The position numbers and the translations under genes are program-made. Of a stretch of 64,000 nucleotides of DNA, positions 10,330 through 19,309 are shown piece after piece. Every line of letters starts with the position of its first letter. Position 1 is the first letter of the stretch. Source of the DNA: Candidatus Magasanikbacteria bacterium RIFOXYB2_FULL_38_10 (GTDB lineage: Bacteria; Patescibacteriota; Patescibacteriia; Magasanikbacterales; UBA10003); contig MFQT01000016.1 of assembly GCA_001783145.1 (NCBI GenBank), forward strand, positions 3,796-67,795, read 5' to 3'. Under the pieces are notes generated by a model. It saw only the letters and a list, made by a program, of their open reading frames with translations. It made no database searches and had not been told where the DNA came from.

Positions 10330-12981
10330 ATGCAAGACAAAATCATTATCAAAGGCGCACGCGAACACAATTTAAAAAATATCAGTTTAGAAATTCCCCG
10401 CAACAAAATGGTGGTCTTTACTGGTTTGTCCGGCTCGGGCAAATCCTCACTCGCATTTGACACCATCTTTGCCGAAGGTCAGCGCCGCTACATAGAATCC
10501 CTATCCGCCTATGCGCGGCAGTTTTTGGGCGGCATGCAAAAACCAGATGTTGATGAAATTGAGGGTCTTTCCCCTGCTATCTCCATTGATCAAAAGGCTC
10601 ACAGCGCCAATCCCCGCTCCATCGTAGCCACTATCACGGAAATCTATGATTATCTGCGTGTTCTTTTTGCGCGTATTGGAGATCCACATTGTCCAATCTG
10701 CGGCGGAAAAATAGAAAAGATGACCACTGATGAAATCAAAGAACATATTTTTAAAAAAATAGATGAGATCAAAAAAGCCAACACGGCCAAAGATCCGTTA
10801 GAACTCTCTATTCTTTCTCCAGTAGTGCGCGGTCGCAAGGGTGAATATTATCAAATGCTTTATGATATTTATAACTCCGGATATTTGGAAGCGCGGGTGG
10901 ATGGCAAAATCAAAAGTTTGCGTAATCAAATAATTTTGGATAAAAATGCCAAACACACAATTGAAATTGTCGTGGATAAAATTCCCATGGCGGAAAAATT
11001 TAAGACAGCGCAATCGGAATTAGGAAAATACAAAGTGAAAGATTTGAGCTCCAAAGAGCGTCTGGCCGAAGCGATTGCCAATGCTGTGGAATTATCTAAC
11101 GGCATTGCCGCCGTAATTTTTCCCGATAAAAGCGAACAAATTTTTAGTACCGAATATTCTTGCCCCAACGATGGTTACAGTTTCCCAGAAATTGAGCCCC
11201 GTCTTTTCTCATTTAACAGTCCTTATGGATATTGTGAAGCCTGTACGGGACTTGGCACAGAATCTTTATGGAGTGATAATGTTTGTCCGGTTTGCCAAGG
11301 CAAAAGATTAAACCCCAACGCGCTTAATGTTAAAGTTGGCGGTAAAAATATTTGGGAAATAACAACTTTAAACGTTAGTGAAGCCCGAAACTTCTTTGAA
11401 GATTTAGCCAAAAAATTAAATACTACGGAGGAAGAAATTGCCGGAGCAATTTTAAAGGAAATTCAAAACCGCCTGGGATTTATGTTTGACGTGGGTTTGC
11501 ATTATCTAACTTTAAATCGCAAGGCTGGTACTCTTTCCGGTGGAGAGGCGCAACGCATTCGCTTGGCTTCACAAGTGGGCACTAAACTTGTCGGTGCACT
11601 TTATGTTTTGGATGAACCAACAATTGGGTTGCATCAAAAAGACAATGCTCAATTAGTTTCCACTTTGCGTAAAATTTGTGATAGTGGCAACAGTATTATC
11701 GTGGTGGAACATGATGAAGATACAATTTTAGAAAGCGATTGGATAACAGACATCGGTCCCGGAGCCGGCAAACACGGCGGGGAAATAATTTTTTCCGGCC
11801 CCTTGGAAAATTTACTGGCGAACAGCAAAACAACAAAAGAAAAATCTTCATGTCAAATTATCGGCGATCCAGCCAAATCCTTAACCGGCAAATATTTGCG
11901 CGGCGAGTTAAAAATACCGCGGCCAACACAACGCCGCAGTGTTGACAAAAGCCAACCCAGAATAAAAATAAAAGGTGCCAAAGAACATAATTTAAAAAAT
12001 ATCAATGTAGAAATACCTTTGCGCCGTTTTGTGGCCTTAACTGGAGTATCTGGATCGGGTAAATCAACTTTGATGCATGATATTTTACTTCCAACCGTGG
12101 AAAGCCGTTTGAATCGTTTAGCTTTACCCAAAAATATTTCCAGCGTGAGCGGCACAGAATATCTTGACCGCGTAATTGTTATTGATCAATCGCCCATTGG
12201 CAGAACCTCTAGAAGCAACCCCGCTACCTACACCAAGGCTTTTGATCACATCAGAGAAATTTTTGCCGCCACAGAAGAAGCCAGAATCCGCGGTTTTAAA
12301 CCTAGCCGTTTTAGTTTTAATGTGCCGGCCACACCGTCCGAGGAAGGCAGCCACAGGGGCCTGGGCGGACGCTGTGAGAATTGCGAAGGCAAAGGCGTGC
12401 TAGAAATTGAAATGCATTTTTTGCCCAGCGTGCAGATTGTTTGCGACGTTTGCAAAGGCAAAAGATTTAACCAGGAAACTTTGCAAGTGCACTACAAAAG
12501 CAAAAACATCTCTGATATTCTAAACATGACCATTGCCGAAGCTGAAGATTTTTTTAAAGATATTCCGTTCATTTATGACAAGCTCAAAATTCTTAATGAG
12601 GTGGGTTTGGATTATCTAACGCTTGGACAATCAGCCACCACCCTTTCTGGCGGCGAGGCCCAACGTATCAAATTATCACGCGAATTAGCCAAACACGGAA
12701 CTACAAAAACTCTATACTTATTAGATGAGCCCACCACCGGCTTGCATTATGATGATGTGAGAAAATTACTGGAAGTCTTGGAACGATTAGTTAATCAAGG
12801 CAATACCATAATGGTGATTGAACACAATTTGGATGTAATCAAATGCGCCGATTGGATTATTGATTTGGGCCCGGAAGGCGGCGATGGCGGCGGCGAGGTG
12901 GTGGCAGAGGGTACTCCGGAAGAAGTGGCTAGACAAGTTGGCAGTTATACGGGAAAATATTTAAAGAGGATGCTAAAATAA
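10330..12981 (+). CDS. uvrA: excinuclease ABC subunit A
   Basis: Two ABC modules (GLSGSGKSS, GVSGSGKST), two LSGGEAQR, zinc-finger CxxC motifs; start at ATG 10330. Confidence 0.98.
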   Translation: MQDKIIIKGAREHNLKNISLEIPRNKMVVFTGLSGSGKSSLAFDTIFAEGQRRYIESLSAYARQFLGGMQKPDVDEIEGLSPAISIDQKAHSANPRSIVATITEIYDYLRVLFARIGDPHCPICGGKIEKMTTDEIKEHIFKKIDEIKKANTAKDPLELSILSPVVRGRKGEYYQMLYDIYNSGYLEARVDGKIKSLRNQIILDKNAKHTIEIVVDKIPMAEKFKTAQSELGKYKVKDLSSKERLAEAIANAVELSNGIAAVIFPDKSEQIFSTEYSCPNDGYSFPEIEPRLFSFNSPYGYCEACTGLGTESLWSDNVCPVCQGKRLNPNALNVKVGGKNIWEITTLNVSEARNFFEDLAKKLNTTEEEIAGAILKEIQNRLGFMFDVGLHYLTLNRKAGTLSGGEAQRIRLASQVGTKLVGALYVLDEPTIGLHQKDNAQLVSTLRKICDSGNSIIVVEHDEDTILESDWITDIGPGAGKHGGEIIFSGPLENLLANSKTTKEKSSCQIIGDPAKSLTGKYLRGELKIPRPTQRRSVDKSQPRIKIKGAKEHNLKNINVEIPLRRFVALTGVSGSGKSTLMHDILLPTVESRLNRLALPKNISSVSGTEYLDRVIVIDQSPIGRTSRSNPATYTKAFDHIREIFAATEEARIRGFKPSRFSFNVPATPSEEGSHRGLGGRCENCEGKGVLEIEMHFLPSVQIVCDVCKGKRFNQETLQVHYKSKNISDILNMTIAEAEDFFKDIPFIYDKLKILNEVGLDYLTLGQSATTLSGGEAQRIKLSRELAKHGTTKTLYLLDEPTTGLHYDDVRKLLEVLERLVNQGNTIMVIEHNLDVIKCADWIIDLGPEGGDGGGEVVAEGTPEEVARQVGSYTGKYLKRMLK

Positions 12982-12995
12982 AAAATGGTAGTAAG

Positions 12996-13192
12996 AGTGG
13001 TTTAAATTATTTGTAAAAAACTATAGCGGAAAAAGATCAGAAAATTAGAGATTTTTTTGAGGAAAAATAGTGGTCGGAAAACTTTTTGCTGAAGGCAAAA
13101 AGGCAAACGGGCAACCACGTAATTTTTCCGAAGTAAAAAATCCTAATTTTCAATCTCTTGAAGCGTGTTTTTTAAAAATAATTTAAGCCACT
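12996..13192 (+). repeat. ~197-nt imperfect inverted repeat (rod-like hairpin) between uvrA and uvrC
   Basis: agtggtttaaattattt pairs with aaataatttaagccact; nested gaaaattag/ctaattttc, ggaaaaat/atttttcc, gtggt/accac; apical ctttttgc-tgaag-gcaaaaag. Confidence 0.75.
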
Positions 13193-13208
13193 AGATAAAA
13201 CATCATTT

Positions 13209-14444
13209 ATGATCAATCTTAAAAATATTCCTAACTCCCCCGGCATCTACCTCTTTTATAATTCCCAAAAAGAGTTGATTTATGTTGGTAAAGCCACTTC
13301 CTTGAAAAATCGCGTGCGCAGTTATTTTGCTGGCCCTCAAAATCCCAGGCCAATTGAAATAATGATCCACGAAGTCATCAATATCAAATGGATCACCACT
13401 GATTCTGTTTTAGAAGCCATTATTTTAGAAGGTAATTACATTAAAAAATACCGTCCCAAATATAATATTGACTGGCGCGATGATAAAAGCTGGAATTATC
13501 TTGTTATCACTCGTGAGAAATTTCCCAAACTTTTGGCTGTGCGTGAACATGAAATAAAACAGGGTGCCAAAGTGGCGGAATCAAAATATAAATATCTCTT
13601 TGGGCCCTATCCCAATTTGAATACCCGGGCCACTTTAAAAATTTTACAAAAAATATTTTTCTTTTCCACTTGTAAGCCAAACCAAAAACGGCCGTGTTTT
13701 AATTATCAAATTGGTTTGTGTTTAGGCGTTTGCACCGGAGAAATTACAACTAAAGATTATTCACATAAAGTCATTGCGCCCTTAGTGCTTTTTCTTAAAG
13801 GCCAAAAAAAAAGTTTGCTGAAAAAATTGACGAGCGCAATGAAATTGGCGGCTAAAGAAAACAACTTTGAAGAAGCCAGCCGCTTGCGCGATCAGATTTG
13901 GAATTTACAAAAAATCCAAGACATCGCACTTTTGAATAAAGATTTTGTCAAAGAAAAAGAAGCGACTCAAAAAAAATCAGTCCTTATTGAAGGATATGAC
14001 ATCTCTAACTTGGGCACCACTGGCAAAGTTGGCAGTTTAGTTGTCTTTAATGAACTCGGTGCAATTAAATCAGAATATAAAAAATTTAATATCAAAACAG
14101 TTACTGGACAAAACGACGTAGATTGTTTAAAAGAAATTTTAAAACGCCGTCTTAATCATTGGGAGTGGCCTTTACCAGATTTAATTTTGGTTGACGGTGG
14201 CAAACCGCAAGTGAACGCGGCTAAACAGATATTAAATGAAGAAAAAATAAATTTGCCACTGGTGGGTATTGCTAAAGGTAAGGCTCGTAAAAAAAATGAA
14301 TTTCATTTTGCAGCGGCTAAGAACAGTGAGGAAATTATTAAATGGGCTTTGCAAAACAAAGATCTACTTATAAAAGTCCGCGACGAAACTCATCGTTTTG
14401 CCATTCAATTTCAAAAACAAAAAAGAAAAATCCCGCGCGGTTAA
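13209..14444 (+). CDS. uvrC: excinuclease ABC subunit C (short form, no C-terminal HhH)
   Basis: GIY-YIG (PGIYLF, IYVGKA), Cys cluster, UVR (FEEASRLRD), RNase-H-like EGYDISN, DGGKPQ, RDETHRFA; ends immediately after. Confidence 0.9.
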   Translation: MINLKNIPNSPGIYLFYNSQKELIYVGKATSLKNRVRSYFAGPQNPRPIEIMIHEVINIKWITTDSVLEAIILEGNYIKKYRPKYNIDWRDDKSWNYLVITREKFPKLLAVREHEIKQGAKVAESKYKYLFGPYPNLNTRATLKILQKIFFFSTCKPNQKRPCFNYQIGLCLGVCTGEITTKDYSHKVIAPLVLFLKGQKKSLLKKLTSAMKLAAKENNFEEASRLRDQIWNLQKIQDIALLNKDFVKEKEATQKKSVLIEGYDISNLGTTGKVGSLVVFNELGAIKSEYKKFNIKTVTGQNDVDCLKEILKRRLNHWEWPLPDLILVDGGKPQVNAAKQILNEEKINLPLVGIAKGKARKKNEFHFAAAKNSEEIIKWALQNKDLLIKVRDETHRFAIQFQKQKRKIPRG

Positions 14445-14481
14445 ACCACTGCGGGATGTTTAAAGCTAAGTTAAGAAGCTG

Positions 14482-14934
14482 TTAGTTGACTTGGAAATCG
14501 TAATCAAAGGGATTTTTCTTACCCTTAGGATAAAAATTGATCACCAACTTCTGTTGATCTCTTTCCACACGCACGGCAAATTCATAAATTACCTTGGGAC
14601 GATGGAACATCTCGCGAGACTTTTTCTCCAACCAATTGGGCTGCTGGACCTTGGCAAACCACTCTCGCAAATAAGACTGGTTATAGTATGGATCTTGAGG
14701 CACCCCAACAAAGGCGACCCAGTAATTCAAACTATGGACGATGCTGTTGTCTAATTCCACTTGCACGTTAGACAAATCTCCACCAGACTGAAGAGCCTTA
14801 TTTAGCAAACGGGTCAAGGCTAAATAAATCTTCTTCAAAGGGTCTGACTCAAAAAAAAGACTATGCTTTAAATCGCCATGCGGGTAATCCGGCGAATAAG
14901 CAATGGCACAAAAATAAACCTTAAGAACTTTCAT
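14482..14934 (-). CDS. hypothetical protein (orphan cassette)
   Basis: 150-aa ORF with AAGGAG SD and its own promoter. Confidence 0.6.
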   Translation of the reverse strand: MKVLKVYFCAIAYSPDYPHGDLKHSLFFESDPLKKIYLALTRLLNKALQSGGDLSNVQVELDNSIVHSLNYWVAFVGVPQDPYYNQSYLREWFAKVQQPNWLEKKSREMFHRPKVIYEFAVRVERDQQKLVINFYPKGKKNPFDYDFQVN

Positions 14935-15008
14935 GATTTACTCTCCTTTGTGAAAGAACCTTTTTTTATCAATGAAGCACAAAAAAAATTAACCCCAGAC
15001 AACAGTGA

Positions 15009-15037
15009 AGATTACCACGTATCCTCAATAATGTCAA
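15009..15037 (-). promoter_or_regulatory. sigma70-type promoter of the 14482-14934 ORF
   Basis: TTGACA-17 bp-TAATCT. Confidence 0.6.
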
Positions 15038-15049
15038 CCCCCTCCGATT

Positions 15050-15619
15050 TTACACTCCGATTCTAGAAAAACTATATTCCCTTACCACGATCTTACCATC
15101 TCTTTCTTCTTTTAAGCATTTGAGTTTTTTAAATTCAAAAGAATTGGCAATTATTCTAACGTTTTTCCCAGCCTCTTTAATTATTTTATCTTCTAATTCC
15201 CACATCATTCTGGGTAGCAAATAAGTGAAAATTACATCGGCTTGTGATAAATCCATTGCAAATAAATCTTCTTTTTTTATAACAGCAGAAGAGCCCAGGG
15301 TTTTTCCTTTAACCCAGGCCAAAAGAAAAACACAGGGATTAACTTCTATACCCACGCATTTACTTCCCTTAATTTTAGAAGCTTCAAAAACCAAACGACC
15401 ATCTCCGCAACCCAAGTCGTAAACCGTTTCTCCTGCTTTAATATCAGCCATTTTAATCATCATCTTAATGGCCCGGCGACGCGAAGAAACGTAAGGGGCT
15501 GTATTACGACGTGTTAAATCGTTTATTAAACTGCTAAAAGGAACAATAATAAAATAAAATATGGCGATTAAAAAAAATACCGACCCTAAAATCGCCAAAA
15601 AATAAAGCGAAAAAAGCAT
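15050..15619 (-). CDS. class I SAM-dependent methyltransferase with N-terminal TM helix
   Basis: APYVSS, YDLGCGDGR, GIEVNP, ADVIFTYLLP. Confidence 0.85.
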   Translation of the reverse strand: MLFSLYFLAILGSVFFLIAIFYFIIVPFSSLINDLTRRNTAPYVSSRRRAIKMMIKMADIKAGETVYDLGCGDGRLVFEASKIKGSKCVGIEVNPCVFLLAWVKGKTLGSSAVIKKEDLFAMDLSQADVIFTYLLPRMMWELEDKIIKEAGKNVRIIANSFEFKKLKCLKEERDGKIVVREYSFSRIGV

Positions 15620-15622
15620 AAA

Positions 15623-16558
15623 TTATTGAGCTAAAAAAACTTTAGTTAAATCTTCTGCCTCTTCTACATTTTCAATCCATTTAATTTCCGTAATACTTTT
15701 AAACCAAGTGATTTGACGCCTGGCATAATCATGTGTTCTAAATTTTATAAATTCCTTGGCCCTTTCCAAACTAATCTCTCCCCGCAAAAACATTCCTATT
15801 TCTTTATAACCGATTCCAGACATAGAAGGTAGACTCCATTTGTACCATTTAGAAATTAATTTTTGAGTTTCTTCTACCAAACCATTCTTAATTTGTTCTT
15901 CTACGCGTTCGTCAATTCTTTGATATAAAACCTCGCGTGTCTGAGTAATGCCGAGTTCTAAAGTTTCAAACAATTTTTCTCCTTTTCGCCAATTGCCGGC
16001 AAAAGATTGTCCGGTAAAATTAGCCACTTCTAAAGCCCTGACAACACGGCGTTTATTTTTTAAATCTATTTTTTCTGACGAAACCGGATCTATTTTTTTA
16101 AGTTCCTTTACTAATTCGGCTAAATCTTTTTTTTCTAAACTTTGACGCAAATCTAAATTGGGAGCCAGCCGGGGAATTTTTAAATTTTCTACAATCGCTT
16201 TAAGATAAAAACCGGTACCTCCAACCAAAATTGGTAAATTTCCCCGTTGTATAATTTCCGCCATTACTTGAAGGGCATATTCTTTAAATTCGGCGACGGA
16301 ATAAATTTTATCAGGCTCTATTAAATCAATGCCATAATGTCGCACGCCTTCCACGTCAAAACATTCCCGACCATTTCCATCAACATTTTTTTTTCCTTCC
16401 ACTTTGGCAGTACCAATATCCATACCCTTATAAATTTGCCTTGAATCAACAGAAATTATTTCACCTTTAAATTTTTGCGCCAAAAAAATTCCCAGAGCGG
16501 TTTTTCCCGAGGCGGTCGGTCCCACTACAGCAATTATTTTAGGTAATTTTTTAAACAT
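15623..16558 (-). CDS. miaA: tRNA dimethylallyltransferase
   Basis: GPTASGKT, DSRQIYKGMDIGTAK, VGGTGFY, RRVVRALEV, YARRQITWF. Confidence 0.97.
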   Translation of the reverse strand: MFKKLPKIIAVVGPTASGKTALGIFLAQKFKGEIISVDSRQIYKGMDIGTAKVEGKKNVDGNGRECFDVEGVRHYGIDLIEPDKIYSVAEFKEYALQVMAEIIQRGNLPILVGGTGFYLKAIVENLKIPRLAPNLDLRQSLEKKDLAELVKELKKIDPVSSEKIDLKNKRRVVRALEVANFTGQSFAGNWRKGEKLFETLELGITQTREVLYQRIDERVEEQIKNGLVEETQKLISKWYKWSLPSMSGIGYKEIGMFLRGEISLERAKEFIKFRTHDYARRQITWFKSITEIKWIENVEEAEDLTKVFLAQ

Positions 16559-16565
16559 AAATTCA

Positions 16566-17873
16566 TTAAACAATTTCCCCACGTAAAACCCACATTCCCG
16601 CTTGTTCTACTTTCATTTTAACAATTTTTCCCACCAAACTCTCCCCACCTTTAAGCTGGGCAAACTTCATTTCGTAAGTATGACCGCTACATAAGCCATT
16701 TTCACATTTTTCTACCAATACCTCTATTTCTTTATCTTTAAAAATTTGATTCTTGCGCAAAACTATTTCCTCCATTAAATTCTGCAAAACCCACCACCGA
16801 CGCTCTTTTTCTTCGCGGCTGACATCGTCTGACATTTTAAAAGCCGGGGTGCCGGAACGCGGACTATACTTGGCATTATAGGAAATATCAAAATCGGCTT
16901 GTTTATACAAATCAACTGTTTCTAAAAAATCTTCCGCGCTTTCACCGGGAAAACCAATAATGATATCCGTGCCCAGCGCTATACCAGGACGGGTTTTTTT
17001 TATTTTAGCGACTATTTCTAAATATTTTTCCTTACTATAATGACGATTCATTTGGGATAAAATTTTATCACTTCCCGCTTGCACCGGCAGATGCAAATAA
17101 TTAACTTGCTTAGACAAATTTAAAGCGGCAATTATTTCATCATTCATATATTGTGGATCAGCGGCCGTGAAATGAATCCACTTAAGACCGCCTATTTGAT
17201 TAAGTTCCCACAAAAGAGCGGCAAAATGATTTTTAAAAGGGTTGACTTTAGAAAAATTTTCCTCATCAGGAGCTTGATAGTTGTTAACTGTTTGGCCAAG
17301 CAAAATAATTTCCAAAAAACCCTTGTCTGCTAATTTTTTCACTTCCTGCAAAATTTTTTTTACCGGCCGATTACGTTCCCGGCCACGGCTATAAGGCACC
17401 ACGCAATAAGCGCAAAAATTATTACAACCGGTTTGGATTGGAATAAATGCCTGAAAATTATTGGTATATTGCGGCGTAAAATCCAAATAATCCAACGCGG
17501 AGTTGGAAACCGACAAATACACACCCAAATTTTGCAGCATCTGAGGAAGATTAACTATATCAATAATGGGAAAAAATAAATCAGCCCCGGGGAAATTTTG
17601 ACGTAATTTATTATTCTTATCTCTGCCGGGCAGACAACCGGTAACTGCTATTACCAAACGAGGATTATTTTTTTTAAGTTCTGCCAAATTTTTTACCTCG
17701 CCGATTACCCTGTCTTCCGCACTTTGCCTTACACTGCAAGAATTCAAAATAATCAAATCAGACTCTTCCGGCCTTTCAACTTTTTCCCAGCCTAAATCAC
17801 ACAAAAAACCGGCAATTCTTTCTGAATCGCTCTTATTCATCTGACAGCCGTAAGTGATAAGATAAAACTTCAT
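16566..17873 (-). CDS. miaB: tRNA-i6A37 methylthiotransferase (radical SAM)
   Basis: TYGCQMN, NSCSVR, CNNFCAYC, TDIIIGFPGE, YSPRSGT, TRAM domain; coupled to miaA. Confidence 0.93.
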   Translation of the reverse strand: MKFYLITYGCQMNKSDSERIAGFLCDLGWEKVERPEESDLIILNSCSVRQSAEDRVIGEVKNLAELKKNNPRLVIAVTGCLPGRDKNNKLRQNFPGADLFFPIIDIVNLPQMLQNLGVYLSVSNSALDYLDFTPQYTNNFQAFIPIQTGCNNFCAYCVVPYSRGRERNRPVKKILQEVKKLADKGFLEIILLGQTVNNYQAPDEENFSKVNPFKNHFAALLWELNQIGGLKWIHFTAADPQYMNDEIIAALNLSKQVNYLHLPVQAGSDKILSQMNRHYSKEKYLEIVAKIKKTRPGIALGTDIIIGFPGESAEDFLETVDLYKQADFDISYNAKYSPRSGTPAFKMSDDVSREEKERRWWVLQNLMEEIVLRKNQIFKDKEIEVLVEKCENGLCSGHTYEMKFAQLKGGESLVGKIVKMKVEQAGMWVLRGEIV

Positions 17874-17978
17874 AATAACTTATATTCTACTAAAAATGAC
17901 TAAAAAATCAACCCCCTCCGCCCCTAAGACTTACTGCTTAACAAAAAAAAAGACCTCCGTATTAACGGAGGACTTTTT

Positions 17979-19226
17979 CTACTGATCTATCTTAATTTTT
18001 ACACGACTCATTTCTTTAGGTACGGACAAAATCCAAGCCGGTGATAATTTAACCACGGCCTTTTCTATCCAGGGCAAAGAACGCAAATATTCTTCTACTA
18101 TGGACTTTTTCTGACCCAAAATTTTACTTTTATCTATCACATCTTCCAAGTAACTAACTTGAGCCAGAGCATCTTGAGCTACTTTTAATTCGGCTGTTCT
18201 TGCTTTAAGATCAAACTTATTTAAACTAATCACCGGCAAATCCGGTTTGCCAACCACTACTTCATTCTCACTTAAAGCCGCCCGCAATTGTTCTGATAAA
18301 ATTTTATTCAAACTCTGACTATTGTAAAATACTCCAATCACCACAACTTCTCCGGCTATTTTAAAACTATCGGCGGCTTCGCCTAATTTGGCCGCGCTTT
18401 TGTAAGATTGCGAGGAAACCTGCCAAACCGCATTATCAAAATTGACAGTGGATGTGCTTGTTTGCTTTAATTCATCCTGCGCCTGAACGGCCAATTCTTT
18501 AATTAAAGTTTCACCGGCTGTTTTTATGTCATCATCAGTGATTGTTTTTATAAATTTTAAGCCACCGGTCATTTTTTCTTTGTTCTCCGCAAAAATTACT
18601 TTTTGCAATTCCGTCGACAACCCGGGAATAGTAAATTCAGTCGGTCCAATTTCGTTTTCCACGCCAACTTTATCAGAATAAACATCTGATTCTGCCTGTC
18701 CCCGCGCCGGTATTACTAAAGTTTTTTTCATTCTAAACAAAATATTATTTGGAGATAACAATCTGGTGGTAGCTATCAAGGTTCTATCTTGATTAGTCTG
18801 GTTGTAAATTGTCACTCTGCCAGTAGCCTGACTGGGGGTTCCTTCGCCCTCGTCAGTCACGGCAACAAACTTCTCATTTTTTATATTTTTCTGCAAAACC
18901 ATTCCATTAATTTGATTGGGGCCGGGATTTTGTGGTACTACGCCTAAAAGGAAATCCGCTTTAACATTTTTAGGTTTTAAAGATAAAGAAATTTCCGCCT
19001 TGCCCAGGGTAAAATACAAAACTCCCAAAATTAAAACCAACGCCACACCCAAAAAGGTTAAAGCAATAGTGCGATAAAAACGCGGCGAAGGATTAAAATC
19101 CTGCGGAATTATTATTGGCGCCTTAGAAAAAAACTCCTCTTCTAATTCCGGAGGCACATTAATTAACGGCTCTGAAATTATTTTTTTCTTACGCGGCCGA
19201 GCCGTGATAGTTTTGCGTGGAGGCAT
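17979..19226 (-). CDS. single-TM protein with baseplate-J-like extracellular region
   Basis: TM helix then ATGRVTIYN, LIATTRL, FTIPGL, MTGG pattern characteristic of the CPR baseplate-J-like family. Confidence 0.6.
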   Translation of the reverse strand: MPPRKTITARPRKKKIISEPLINVPPELEEEFFSKAPIIIPQDFNPSPRFYRTIALTFLGVALVLILGVLYFTLGKAEISLSLKPKNVKADFLLGVVPQNPGPNQINGMVLQKNIKNEKFVAVTDEGEGTPSQATGRVTIYNQTNQDRTLIATTRLLSPNNILFRMKKTLVIPARGQAESDVYSDKVGVENEIGPTEFTIPGLSTELQKVIFAENKEKMTGGLKFIKTITDDDIKTAGETLIKELAVQAQDELKQTSTSTVNFDNAVWQVSSQSYKSAAKLGEAADSFKIAGEVVVIGVFYNSQSLNKILSEQLRAALSENEVVVGKPDLPVISLNKFDLKARTAELKVAQDALAQVSYLEDVIDKSKILGQKKSIVEEYLRSLPWIEKAVVKLSPAWILSVPKEMSRVKIKIDQ

Positions 19227-19309
19227 AAAAAATTAAATTTTTAAATTTTAATAACAAATTTTGTAGATAAATTGGTTAAACAGCGCAAATTGAGGGCGAA
19301 ATAAAAAAA

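Noticed and set aside
13070-13120. c-di-GMP-I riboswitch suggested by GGCAAA/GGAAA words in the uvrA-uvrC spacer
   Set aside because: The required two-hairpin tetraloop/receptor arrangement is absent; the words lie inside a larger rod-like repeat
17979-19226. Baseplate-J-like gene as a prophage or contractile system
   Set aside because: Membrane-anchored, among housekeeping genes, with no other phage structural genes in the window
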